From Vezdaea acicularis (taxonomy: Eukaryota): a DNA stretch of 64,000 bases. Positions 39,897 to 52,884 of this stretch are shown piece by piece (the stretch's first letter is position 1; each line of letters starts with the position of its first letter). Location of the stretch: assembly GCA_026025075.1 (NCBI GenBank), contig JAPEUI010000005.1:124001-188000 (forward strand), given 5' to 3'. The notes beneath the pieces are model-generated. The model worked only from the letters and a program-made list of their open reading frames with translations, had not been told where the DNA came from and did no database searches. The position numbers and the translations under genes were made by a program.

Positions 39897-40064
39897 CTTC
39901 CTAGAACACGTCTGGGAAACACTAGCTTTTTGCAAATGTCCTGCGAGATTTGGACAGCAATAGCTGACAGCAACCTGAAACAAGTGGTTCTCCAATAATT
40001 CCTGGTAATTGTCTTGTAGCTATCGTTGTATATCCTACATCATCCTAATGAGAACGTATTGAGA

Positions 40065-41972
40065 ATGGAGACCTTTCTGAGGACTTGGAGGCAAGATGCC
40101 ATAAACAAGCACCAGTACGACTCTGCCATTTTCATCGGTGACAAATTACTTGCCCTCACAAGTGCGCAGTACTTTACATAATGCTGGAGCCCCGAACTAT
40201 AATGCTGACATGTGCTCACCTCAGACGACGACCAAGACGCATTCTGGCTTGCTCAAGTACACTTTTCTACTGGCAACTATACACGCGCTCACGGCTTTCT
40301 ATCCAGGCACGGCCTAATTGGACGAAGCCCATCGTGTAAATACCTTGCATCGTTGTGCTTGATAAAACAAGGGAAATATGAGGAGGCCCTCCTGATCATG
40401 GGCGAGAAGAGCCCCGTACATCTGATCCATCGGCCCAACCACAGTCGTCGGAAACTTCAACACGCGGATGGAAATGTCCGAAATGGTGCTTCAAGAGGCG
40501 GAAAGACCTTGTATAAGAATGCGCCAGAGAGGAACGAGGCCAAGGACAAGGAAGAAAAAGACCACATTCAATTTGAAGCCGCAACGTGCTTTCTCCGAGG
40601 ACTATGCTACGCTAACCAAAATGCTTTGGATCGAGCAAAAGAGTGCTACAAAGATGCTGTTCGGATAGATGTCCAGAATTTTGATGCGTTTGACCAGCTG
40701 ATGAAGAATTGTCTAATGTCTCCAGATGAAGAATGGGAATTCCTCGAGTCCCTTGACTTCGATGTCCTGACCGTTCCGGGCGACGCCTCAGCCTCACAAG
40801 AAGCGGCCAGCTTCACTAAGATGCTCTATATCACCCGACTCTCCAAATACAAAAACTCAGATGCCTTCGCAGCTGCCACTGAAGACCTATCTACGCACTA
40901 CAATTTGGCCAATAACGCCGACCTCCTCCTGTCGAAAGCCGAACTCCTCTTCACCCAATGCCGCTTCCGCGAAGCCCTTAGTCTCACCGAATCAATTCTT
41001 AGCTCCGACAAATACAACTTCAGCGTCTATCCTCTCCACCTGGCCTGCCTACACGAACTGAACCAGAAAAATACTCTCTTCTTGATCTCGCACGATCTGG
41101 CAGATCACCACCCAGAGGAACCCTGCACCTGGCTCGCCGTAGGCATATACTATCTCACGACCCGCAAAATCGCTGAAGCGCGCCGCTTCTTCAGTAAAGC
41201 CTCGATGATGGACCCACACTTTGGGCCCGCCTGGATAGGGTTCGCGCACACCTTCGCAGCAGAGGGCGAACATGACCAAGCCATCTCAGCCTACAGCACG
41301 GCCGCGCGCCTCTTTCAAGGAACGCATTTGCCGCAACTCTTCCTGGGAATGCAGAACCTTCAGCTGAACCAGATGACCCTCGCCGACGAGTACCTGAAAT
41401 CCGCACTCTCGCTATGTCGCGAAGACCCGCTTCTGCTGAACGAGATAGGCGTCGTGTACTACCACCAAGAACATCATGCCGACGCCATCCGCGCCTTCAG
41501 CCAGGCCCTCGCCATCGCCGACTCCATCGACTCCGAGAGCCGCGCCTGGATCCCAACGCGCGCCAATTTGGGTCATGCATACCGCCGAGCGGGCCAGCCC
41601 ATTCTTGCACTCGAAGCCTTCGAGGAGGTCCTGCGCCAAGGCGGGCGCGACGCCGGACTTTTCTGCGCAAAGGGACTGGTGTTGATGGAGCTGGGGAGGA
41701 GTTGGGAAGCAGTCGTGAGTCTGCATGAGGCGCTCGCCATCAGCCCACAGGATCCTGTCGCGACAGATCTGTTAGGACGGGCGCTGAGTGAGAATGCGGG
41801 GGTTGGCCTCCTGGCTGCGGGGGAGGAAGGGGGTGTCGAAGAGGAGTTCGAGAGGGAGTTGAGCTTTCGGAAGAAAGTCGTAAAGACGGGTGGTGGGCGG
41901 AGGGACAGGGGACGGAGGAGTAGTGCGCAAGGAGAGGCTAGTATGATGGTTGTGAGTGATGAAGAGGAGTGA
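40065..41972 (+). CDS. CDC16: Anaphase-promoting complex subunit Cdc16/Cut9/APC6 (TPR), 2 exons
   Basis: LRTWRQDA..KHQYDSAIFIGDKLLALT, DAFWLAQV, ARRFFSKAS.MDPHFGPAWIGFAHTFAAEGEHDQAISAYSTAARLFQG; intron 40162-40224. Confidence 0.96.
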
Positions 41973-42309
41973 CTGGGATAGATATTAAGGGTGTTTGGGC
42001 GTTGGTCAACAGAAATGGCGCATCATTGGGGCATCCGGGGAGTACACTTTTAGCAGGAATTGGAGTTGGAACTGCCATTTTCTACAGGGATTTGATGAGG
42101 CTTCTATAATCACTAGCTCACAACTTTTGAAAGCGGCAGCTCGATGTATAGCCCCTCCTGAATGGCAAGAATCGAAATTTGCATACTAATACTTTTATAA
42201 GCCCGCTTGAACCCCTTCTTACGCCATCCCTCCCCTTCTTTGACCAACCCCTAAGCGCTGACTCCGTCTGCAAAGGCATCTCTCGTCTCTTAACTCCTAA
42301 AATCATCTA

Positions 42310-43315
42310 TCACCTGTCCATCCACGTCCTCCCATTCAGCCTCTCCTCCACAGGGAAGACTTCCCGTGCATACTCCTCCATGCCCCGATACCCCTGCCAG
42401 AGCTGCACCGCCTCCCCGGGTGCTTGTAGTTCAGGCCCGAAATATGGGGCGTTGTAATGTCCAAAGAGCAGTGCAATCCCTTCAAGCTGTTGGCGGTAGC
42501 CGGTAGGAATGGAAACCTTTACTTCGACATCCCGCGTCTGGACATAGCGAACGGGGCGACCCAGACCCCTGCTGAAAGCGGCGCAAACAGCCGGTGGCGT
42601 CAGGAGCTCAAAGGCAAGCGCGATACTGACGATGTTAGCCAGACTAGAGAAGGCGGAAGGGGCCAGAAGAAGCTTACCGGTGCCCATTCCACCTCCACGG
42701 GCCGTCCATGAAAAGCTGTAGAACAGCCGGTCCGACGTCGTGCTCAGCATCAAGGAAGGGAAGGGGTGTGTCTGCGTGAAATGGTGCTCTCCACTCAAAA
42801 CTGCCGTCGGCTTGTGGGTCCATGCAGAAGAGCGGATAAGGGAGGGAGGTGAAATTATTGTTGTAGATCCCGGTATAAACGAAGGTTGCGGGGAGGCCGA
42901 GTTGACGGATGTAGTTCTCCACCGTATACTTGGGAGCCCATAGAGGAAGAGCAGGCCAACCGTGCCCGTAGATAGAGTGATCGGGCATAGAGCTGTAGAT
43001 ATAGTGTTTAATGCCAGCCTTTTTGGCAGCGTTGGCAAGGGACCGCCCGACTGCGACTTCATCGCCCCAGAAGGTAGTGTTGATGAAGGCAAGCTCTGCG
43101 CCAATGAAGAGCCTGGAGACAAGCACGGGATCTTCCAACGCACCTCGAATGAGGCTAACATTTGGGAGCCCAGCCAATTCCTTTACAACTAATCCATTTT
43201 CCTCCTCTGTTCGCACTTGCGCGCGAACGTTATATCCTACCGAGGAGGCATATCGGACGACGCTCGCGGCCTGGCGGCCGGTGCCGTTGACAACGACTAT
43301 GGTTCTGTTGGGCAT
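42310..43315 (-). CDS. nmrA: Nitrogen metabolite repression regulator NmrA/NMR1, 2 coding exons
   Basis: VVNGTGRQAAS, HYIYSSMPDH, PKYTVENYIRQ, GIYNNNFTSLPYPLF, LDAEHDVGPAVLQ, YAREVFPVEE..NG.TW; intron 42626-42677. Confidence 0.93.
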
Positions 43316-44848
43316 GCGGAATGAAGTGGTACGGCTCTGGAAAGACAAGAAGAAAGGAACAGAAGTAAGTTTTGATATAAGGGGTGGTTAGCAGTAAGCC
43401 AAATAAGCTTTTTTGAAAGAATTATCTTTCGCCGATACGATTTGGCAATTGGGTTCGCGTCGAGCTCCGAGCGTCGATAGATAACCGGCGGCCGTGACAG
43501 CCGATCCGGGCTTTTCAACGCATTTGCGCGGGTTTAAACGTAAGCTGCAGCCTCTTCGTCGATATGTAAAGTTAGTCGAAAGACATTCCGGGAGCTTTGA
43601 CGCTGCCGCATTGATGATCAACCGTGGCTCGTGAAAGTTAGGAGATCGAAGGTTTGATAAGAAGCAGCTCGGAAGAGGAGCGCCAGAATGAGAGAATCAT
43701 CATCACGTCAGAGCACGCAATTACAATGACACCAGACAAAGAAGTGTGGAGGCGGCCAGATAGCTAAGCATCCAGCCATCTCGCACTGAACGGACGATGT
43801 GGAAGGTTTTGAATGGTGGCTGCGGATGAGCGGCCCCTCCGTGGTGCAACGAATCGACTCGGATATCTGCCCTACGTTTGGCGAGTCAGCCTGTCCAGAG
43901 CCGGGGACGATTCCTCATGGGCTAGTGATTGGCATCAGAGCCTTCACCTTACGTGATGGAAACTCTTAGCCAGGGTCCTCCTAGAGAACTAGATGAGAGA
44001 AACGGGAGATAGGGCAGACATTTCCTCGGGGCGGGGAGAAACGGGCTCAGAAAAATAAGAATAATGTCATGGCAATTGGAAATGTGGGGAAAACTGAGGC
44101 CTTGCTGAATAGCGTAAGGCGTATCTGTCAAACCGCTTCCACAGAGCTTCGGTGCAGTTTGCCTAACGGGAGTCGTCCCAGGGCAGAGAGTTGAGACGAT
44201 GTGTTTTCTAAAGCGCTCATTGGACGTCTTACAGGCGATGATCAATTACATCTATCGTCGTGAAAGAGTTGGCGCTCTGGCTGGATGCTTTGGTGCTCTG
44301 GCTTCGTCTTTCGAAAGCTGCATTGGGCTGAGATCTTTCGATAGGGGAAGTTGTTGTATTCACTTCGCATGGTTCAGAAGGAAATCACGTCATCTAGCCA
44401 GCGTTTGAGTGATCCGCAATCTAGTAGGAAGCAAGTACGTACAATGATTGTCTAGAGGGAAGATAACAGCTAGGCTCGGAGCTATGGTGTCGACGGCTGA
44501 ACGATAAAATGTTCGGGATGAAAGGTTGATGAAAAGGAAGAGATCGTGGTCCACGGAAGGCGGTGAGGGGCATGGTGGTAAGGATTCGGCTTCTAATGTA
44601 TGAACATTGAAACATGCCGGGAAGTATTTTCTGGCTTGCATAGACTTCTTCTCGATAGGAAGCCTGCATCATGCATTGTTTCCCTATCTTAACTATCTCA
44701 TTTCGTCAATCTAGCCTTACAGTACAAGATCTCCGAGGAACAATTCGTGACTTTGAGACCTGCACCAGCACTTGGTCATCCGAAATAGCTACTTTCTATA
44801 AGACTGACGCTCGTAACGATCGATGCGGACAGAAATAGCACAGCAAAT

Positions 44849-46773
44849 CTAATCTTTGACAGGCTCAGCTGGAAAGTGCTTGGCCGAAATCCCAGCAGCA
44901 GCCCAGACCTCGGGTTCTGATCTTGCTTTTACAGTCGCGATAGCCAGCTCGTCCGCGTTCAGATGAGCGCCCGATTCTCGAAGCAGCGAAACGTGTTCTT
45001 TCATGCCAGCGCTTGCAGCTAGGAATAGAGGGGTTCGTCCTGCGCGATTGCGCAAATGTACTGATGCGCCATGTGAGAGAAAATCTCGTAAGATCTGGAG
45101 ATTCGGCCCGGTAGCCGCCATGTGCTGGTGTCAGAAGAGTCAGCCTTTGCAAGCACATTCTCCTACTTGGAAAGGTAGCAATGGCGATAAGAAAGACACC
45201 CTGGCACAATAGAGGAAGGTCAGGTGTCGTCGGAATAAGCTGTGGGGAAACCCTGCAGCAAAAGTCCCGATCGGCTGAGAAAAAGCAACACCTTGCCGAG
45301 CAGGTACGAATTGAGATAAGACATCCAACATCATTGGAACACGATGCGACTCAATAGGATTTCAATTGAGTATCTTGCACCCTCCCTTATCGTAGACTTA
45401 CCATAGGCGTGTTTCCCGAATAGTCCGATTCGTTTAGCAGCCACTCCGATTCACCTTTCATCACAGACTTTACCTCGTCGTGGCTTCCCTTGGTGATGGC
45501 GTATCCTAAAGCGGAAAGGCTTGCTAACTTTGACGACAAGTGGCTCGCTTTCGGATGTTGGAACAGCGTCTGAGTTTGACCATTGAGCTCCCCCCGAAGA
45601 GAAATCGACATCTGTCTCTTAATATCTTCTGTTGAAAGGTTTGGCAACGCGAGCAAGTATGATAACTTAGTCAGAGCAGCTTCTGACGTCATATCTTGAC
45701 CAAAAACTACACCCGCTTTTCCAAGGGCTGTTCCTGGGGCGTATAGAGGACTGACACTGCCCACCATACATTGAGTAACATTGATGATAATGATACCCCT
45801 GATCACAGCGTTCTTTATTACTTTCGTCATAGCACCATCGGGACCTTCTGGCGCATTACCTGCCCCAAATGTCTCCAAGACAAGACCCTTAAGGTCATCC
45901 ATTTTCAATATTCTATCCACCATCTCAGGTTTAATCCCTGGAAAAATTCGAAGACAAGCTACATGAGCAGTATCCAGGTTCGTCTGGATTGAGAATGGGT
46001 GAATATTCGTCGATCTAAAAATGAGCGGCCACTTAACATCAGTATTCACAGAAGTGATCGTGGCAAGAGGCGGATGATTTGGTGAGGAGAAAGCATCAAA
46101 GTCGCTAGCAGAAACCTTTGTCGTCCGGTTACCTCTAAATAACTTGTAATTGAAGAACAGACAAACTTCTGGAATCATGAAGTGCCCTGCAACGACTAGC
46201 GATCCTAAAAGATTATCCGTGGCATCATTCTGAAGTTCAAGCATGGGAGCTTGTGACCCTGTCAATACAACTGGTTTCCCTAGATTTTGTAACATGAAGC
46301 TCAGTGCTGAGCAAGTATATGCAAGACTATCTGTCCCATGGAGGACTATGAATCCATCGAATAGCTGATAGTTTCGATAGATTGCTTCGGCGATCTCGGT
46401 CCAACCTTTTGCATCGATTGAGCTACTGTCAAGCAGTTGGTCAAACTCTAAGACAGCATAGCGTACGCGTCTTTCGTAGGTACTGATAGGCGTTCGTAAA
46501 CTTGGGAGACTCCTCCTGAACCCACCCTTGTCAATGACATCGATATCTGCCGGGCTCGAACTATCGTTGAAGGAGGGCCTAGGTTCCAGTCCAGCCTTTA
46601 AGAATCCCCTTGCCTGTGGTAGTCTAAGTAAGAGTCTAATGCTTAGTACACCAGATTTTGGTACTTACTGGGATGAACCCATTGGGTGAACGTCTCATAC
46701 AGATCGTGCCACCAGTCATGATGATGAGGACCCGGGACTCCGGCACAACTATTTCATCCTCGACTTTGTGCAT
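44849..46773 (-). CDS. Type I L-asparaginase/60-kDa lysophospholipase with C-terminal ankyrin repeats, 3 exons
   Basis: IIMTGGTICM, LLDSSS, VLHGTDSLAY, LGKPVVLTGSQ, RGNRTTK, ETFGAGN, DMTSEAALTKL, ankyrin GNTPMH and GRTPLF; introns 46614-46668 and 45125-45401. Confidence 0.93.
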
Positions 46774-47799
46774 CTTTGCGGTTGATAGATTTGCACAATT
46801 TCCCAATTATTGCAGAAGTTTATAAATCTTTTACATCTGAGAACTCCAATAGCTGATGAAGATGTCTCTGGAGCAAATGAAAAGCGATTATTCATGTGTT
46901 GGAAACCAACACGGCAAGAGAAAACAAAGAACCGCCGGGTCTATAAGCATATGGGTAGGAACGAAAGAAACCCTTTCATTGGTTTATGGCAAAGAAGACT
47001 ACAGCACAAGGAGAAAAATTCTTAGTCGGTCGCCTATCTCCGGAGGTGGGTAAAGTCAAAATAAGTGCTCCACCCGACACGCACATGCGGACCAACTTAT
47101 TACCCCATCACAAGCACAGATTTCGTGCTAGTGGTACCACGTTGCCAGCATGACTTGATCATGGCGAATGAGATTTATGGCCGCAGTTGGCCTAAGAGTC
47201 ACTCCATTCCGGCAATCCTCATGATAGCGCAGACGACCGATCAAAAGGACGAGGTTGATACCTATGCGTAACTTCCGATATCGTCTAAACATAGCTCCAT
47301 GATGTCAAGATATCTTACCAATGACTATAACTCTCTTAACAGCCCCAAATGACGTTGAACTTTTGTTATTCTGGAAATGTGTTGTCACTTTTGGATTGTG
47401 AATACCTGGATGTATTCGAATTTTGGAGTTTGGCGATGAGTTTGTGTCCGCTCGAGGGTTAGATTCAAGGCGCGAATCCAGGTGTAATTCAATGTAAGTG
47501 ACTTTTGTCGACGAAATCCTACTCACCACTCTACCTCTTACACTCATAAATATGCCATTTTCAATTGAAAATCCATCGCCGTCCTTTTCGTATGTGCATA
47601 ACATGTGATTGAATGATCTTGTTTGACTCAGATCCTGCCTGTACTTAGTGGGCGAATCTTAGCTGACCTATTGTCCTCATAGCTGATTATGTCCCAGGAG
47701 AGAAGCCTTCCCCTTCTTTACACGTAGTTCCGGCTATGATGGATCTCTCTAGCGAATAGACCTAAAAGCTCTCGACAGGACTGTCATTTGAATCGCAAA

Positions 47800-47829
47800 T
47801 GTGGCATCGTGTGACATCGTGTGACATGC
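47800..47829. repeat. Three near-identical tandem 10-bp units (TGTGACATCG)
   Basis: tgtggcatcg tgtgacatcg tgtgacatgc. Confidence 0.7.
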
Positions 47830-48822
47830 ACCCCTGTTTCTAGTCCACGGATTTGCATGCTGTGACCGGGATACTTTCTAGCAACGGTGATATTCGTACA
47901 TCAAATTTCAGAAGCTAAGAAGTCAATAGATCTTTACGTGGGAAACGTTGCTTATAACTGTTTGGAAGAACCTCGTGAAGGTTTGGCTATTGCAGCTAAT
48001 ATTGGGGTGCCACTATGTCTATCCGTCCGGTCCATTAATCACCTAAAGCCGTGTTGACGCCTCGCAACTACCAGCTGCCCTGGTGTTAGTGATGTCCGAG
48101 CCTACTTTTTGCTGTGCACGTATTGTCAGATCCAGTGTTTCTTATCGTCCTAGCACCTCGGAATTTCACCGGTCAGCCTTGAAATGATGTAGTCATATAT
48201 TTCCAGTATCAAGCATTATAGTCGCCTAATTCTCCGCTCTTGCTCTGTTGAATTAGGATATTTGTGCTGGGAATTGGGGTACTTGGTTCCCATTGCCGGT
48301 GCTCTGCCTCCTTTTCGACCAATTCATACGTTTCGCTCGATCTACTCAAGAGGTTTTATAAAATCTTCTTGTCCATTGAGCTTTATTCTCTATGCCTAAG
48401 TGAAGCCACGATAACATAATGTTGTGGGGCGACCTTTGGGTCTCCTGGAAACAGGCCATTGCCGGCAGGATTACCTTGATATCTGAGTAGTTTTACACGC
48501 TGAAGACCTCCATTGTTCCAGATTTATATGGGATCTTCTTCATCATAGGGTCGTCGATATTTTGAGTCCCATTAAGACCTTCCCTAGATAGCAAAGTAAC
48601 AAGTAATCGGTGGTCTGTGCCCAATACGAGGTAATTCTGGAACCCTGTGACGCTTGCGCGATTAACAGAAGCAGGAGGAACCAAAAAAAACCTCGCACTG
48701 AGTCTACTTCATCTACAGCTACCTCTGAACTGAAAAGGCCTCGCTTGGGGATATATAAAAGTCCCAACATTCAAAGGGATTGCTCAACATCTCGAGAGTC
48801 CGGTTGCTCCATAATCTTTGCC

Positions 48823-49284
48823 ATGGCTGGCTTAATACGCTTCTCCACACTAAAAGTTCTAGTTCTCTTCATTTCTATCATGGCAGCTCCACTTTATGCT
48901 CGCCAGCTTCGGTCTACTCCTAATCCCCGCATCGACCCATATTGCCCAGGATACGCGACGGCTGTAGAAGGCGCAGAAGGCGTCAAGGGCTACAGGGAGG
49001 AAGTGGAGATCACATTCAAAGAGCTCTGCATTCGACGTTTCAGATCCGGACGTTACACCCTTCAAGTCGACTGCTCGTGTCGCAATGACGGCGTAATGCA
49101 ATGCAAGCATGGAGACGGTTCTCAATTGTGGATGGCAGAATTGTGCGCGAGGGTGTGTGATTGTCCACTGCCACCAGGTGTTCGAAACGATGAAAAACAT
49201 GTACAACTACTCCAAACAAAGAATATGGCAGGTAGTCGGGGTACCGATCTGAGAAGATTGTTGGAAGGTAGTGGCGGAGATTGA
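48823..49284 (+). CDS. Small secreted cysteine-rich protein, 153 aa, 8 Cys, no family recognised
   Basis: TATATAAAA at about 48752; good start context GCCATGG; signal peptide-like MAGLIRFSTLKVLVLFISIMAAPLYA; C-x27-C-x14-CxC-x7-C-x13-C-x3-CxC. Confidence 0.75.
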   Translation: MAGLIRFSTLKVLVLFISIMAAPLYARQLRSTPNPRIDPYCPGYATAVEGAEGVKGYREEVEITFKELCIRRFRSGRYTLQVDCSCRNDGVMQCKHGDGSQLWMAELCARVCDCPLPPGVRNDEKHVQLLQTKNMAGSRGTDLRRLLEGSGGD

Positions 49285-50092
49285 TGGAAATCGCCTGTAG
49301 CGATGGCTTAGCGGTCTCAACAAGGAATTCCGCTCTTGTGAACGCACTTTGGACACTCCATTGCCTAGGGGAATACTGACCTTACTCACTCACTCAAACC
49401 GGACAATCAAGACCAATTAACTCGTTATCTTTCATTCGTAAGCCCGTGAGCCACGCCCCTCTAGTCGGGTGTCTTGGTTTTACAGTCGGTGGTCACAAGT
49501 AAACGGACACTTTCAACACTGTGTATATCCACCACAAGAAGCTGAAACCGTTTATGATCGTGCAGGCTTACTTTCAAGCAACATGTCTACAAATTCTGCA
49601 TCAGTCATATTCAAAGAAGATTGAATTGTGCGACTCAATCACGTTTCCAGAGCTGTTTTGCCTCTCTTTGCTTCTCCAATGCTTGGATCCGCCACCCATA
49701 GGCCCCTCTTCAGCGGCGATTAAAATCCGGGGAATGGAGAGGCCATTTCATGAACTTGAAATTATGTCTAAAACCTAAGCTTTGATTATCTTTGCGTCGT
49801 GAATTCTTGCTTTATCCTCTGTAGTCATTGAGGGCAGGGCTGCAAGGGTGTTCGTTTACTTATGACCACCGAATGTAGCACAGGCCGCATTCCAACTGCA
49901 AAGGCTAAACCGATCTGGTGGAGCAGCCTATAGTTGCCTCCTCTCCGTGATTGGTAGTGCTTGGCAACAATGATGATCATAACCCTGGGTGCATTTACTT
50001 TCTCTGTGGTGTGAACGCCCTCTGCCCATGATGTCTATTCTGGTCCATCACCTAAATGCTGCACAATCCGTACCATCAACCAATATATCCAC

Positions 50093-52441
50093 ATGGAGTC
50101 AGGACAAAGGCCACGCCGAGCTGTAAGCGTACCTCCTATCTTCAGCGGAGATAATTGGTTTATGATTGATGACTGACCAGACTTTTCTAAGTGCCTCAAT
50201 TGTTACCAGAAGAAGGTCAAGTGTGACTTGTCGGCACAGGACTTGAGTTGCTCGCGATGTGCCGAGCAAAAGCTAGAATGTCTTCTGCCGGATGGCTCTC
50301 AGACAACGCCTCGGCAATCCATGAGGTAAATGGCACGAACTCAACTAAATAACATAGCGCATACGCTTAATAGCTTTTAGAGAAACACTGGAAGAATTGA
50401 GTACTCGTGTGCGTAGCCTAGAGGGTGCCGCTTCATCCTCCATCAACTTCCGGACTGCCGTTCGTGCTGCTTCTTCCCCTAAAAGCACTTCAGGTAGACC
50501 GCTCTTACTAGGCGAATACGCCCAAAGCCCAGTCTCAAGTCATCAAAGAGACCAACGCCACTTGGCCGTTCAGTCCGCTTCTGTAGTTACGACATACCGA
50601 GGTGAGACTTCGCCATGGACGAAGCTTGTGAATGGCACAACGGAGTCTTCCGATTCGACATCCCTAGGTACATTTCACCAAACTGCGGTGGAGATATCGA
50701 ACGAGGAACACACTACGATATTACCTTTTCTTTCTTTAAAGGTTGACCTGCTGAGAGACTTTCCACACCTGAGTGAGGACATAGTATTTGCCTACGTTCA
50801 GGATTACGCAGTGACTGCACCGTACCCGATTGTATATTGGCCATACGTTCGTGACGTTGCCAAGCAAGGGCTACAAAGAAAGGAATATGCGAGATGGGGC
50901 CAGCTTGTCTGCCTATTAATGGTGAGTCCAGAAAGCCATCTGAAAATACAGATTGAGAGTGAAGGAAACTAAAAGACGATCGCAAAGTACATGGCATTTG
51001 GCTGCGCCCATTCAAACTCTGTAGAGTCAAGCATTTCTCCTGTAGCAGAGTCGGGTATGTACTTTCGAAAGGCATGGGCCGCTTTGCCGCATCTGTTGAT
51101 GGACCATGACCTCTGGGCTTTGAAGGGTATTGTTTTGATTGTCAGTGCGCCCCTAAGACCCAACTTAACTTTCTGTCGCCGTTTTTGGATAGTGATGCGG
51201 ACGTCTGCTCTCAACAAGATCCAATACTCCTCCAGCAGTCAATCACCAATTGATGTGGCGCTAACTACAGCGCCCATTTCAGGTCCATTATCTACAAGCT
51301 AGTTCACAACCAGAGCCATGTTGGTCACTTCTTGGAGCAGCTACTAGGATGGCAATCTCCCTGGGCTTTCATCAAAAACGCTTGGTCAACAGTCAGTACA
51401 CTGTCACAGAGCAGGAAGAAGGCACACGCTCGTGGTGGCTCTGCTTTGTCATGGAAAAGTATGAAATTAGAGCACTGATGAGATGTTCTCACTGACCTCC
51501 CCAGGACGTTCTCTGTCATATTTGGCCGACCTGGCGCTATTCAAAATCATATGGAAGTTGATCGACCAAAGCCATTTTACAATGACCAGACACCTCCTGG
51601 CAGGATCGAAGACGACCTCGAGGCGGTCGAATTCTTCAATGATATGATAGACCTTGCGTATACTCGCGATAACCTTTTAGCGCAGCCTCCTTTGGAGTAT
51701 ACACGCTCTACGTCTGTTTCTGAGCTTTTGAGAGGGACTCTGCGAACCGGAGACCAACTGGACTACGAGCCGTTCTCGATCAACTCTTTGCGAGGGACAA
51801 TAAGTGATCTTTCGCATTTCAATGCCGTTCAAATAATTGATGGTCATCTGCAAGCTACACCTGTGAGGTCAAAGGAGAGCGTGCTTGCAGCGCGTGCGAC
51901 GCTACAGATCCTTACGGAGACGCAGAGCGCCGGCAAAACTATGTGTTTGTGGTAAGTATTGCTTTCGGTCTGAGCTCAACATGCTGATAGCTACAGGATG
52001 TGGCTATATTACGCTTTCACGAGTGCAGTGGTCCTTTTCCTAAACACGATCGTTAACCCGCTTCACCCTGATGCAGCCCTCGACCTTGCCATGATATCTG
52101 ACTTGGAAAGCCTTGCAGCAAACCTAGCAACGATCTCTGAGGGTTCTAAGCGGATTTTAGCGATTTGTAGAGGCATGAACAAAGTTGCCTTCGAGCTTAT
52201 GAAAGCTGCTGCCAAAAGGAAAGCAAAGAAGAGAAGTGCTGGCGTCGATAGAGAGGATGGGAGGCAGAAGATAAGGCGCGGTAAAGAGGGGGTTCCTGAG
52301 ACCTTCAGCGGTCTATCAGCACGGACTGATGTTGCCACTACTACGGAAGATTCGGCGGGTCAAAATATGCTTGCCTCCGTACCAGGGAACTTTGCATGGG
52401 GTGAATGGGATCAATGGCTTGAAGATGTTGCATTTGAGTGA
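50093..52441 (+). CDS. Zn(II)2Cys6 transcription factor with fungal-specific middle homology domain, 7 exons
   Basis: Spliced RA-CLNCYQKKVKCDLSAQDLSCSRCAEQKLEC, coiled coil LEELSTRVRSLE, CWSLLGAATRMAISLGFH, RSWWLCFVMEK..SVIFGRP, acidic/aromatic tail; introns 50123-50191, about 50326-50380, 50922-about 50987, 51141-51282, about 51459-51504, 51952-51996. Confidence 0.9.
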
Positions 52442-52884
52442 GTTGTGTAACATATGCAATGGGAAGGTAGCCACTACTAGCGCCACATAACAGTCGGACA
52501 CTGCAAATGCTTCTGTTGTCTGTTCGGAGCGGTCGCGTCCCGAATTGATTGAAGTGGAATCTTCTTGGTCTACTCATCACTAAATATAGGGAATACGCTT
52601 ACCATATTAGAAAATACCTGTATTCTGGAGGGAACAAAATCGCCCCTTTCTCCACAGAGCGCGCTCGCCGGGGTCAGCATTTCCACAAGATGAAGATCTT
52701 CTAACCTATGACTATGCTTAGCAAGATCACCAAAGGAACTCAGTTTTCCAAAGCTTTTGATATATGTATTGCGAACTATGCTATCTTTTTCTTCGGCTTT
52801 TATCCCCCCCCTGTTGCGCATCGTTCTAACCACTAAATGCATTGCAACCACTACGGTGCTTGCTCAGAGTTACAACTTGCCAGT

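Noticed and set aside
41970..41981. Stop read-through at CDC16 (TGA CTG)
   Set aside because: The extension would be only two further residues before TAG, with no targeting signal
47000..48700. Possible decayed gene (minus-strand fragments such as STNILIQQSKSGELGDY, faintly kinase-like)
   Set aside because: Fragments are short and stop-riddled; cannot be supported without a translated search
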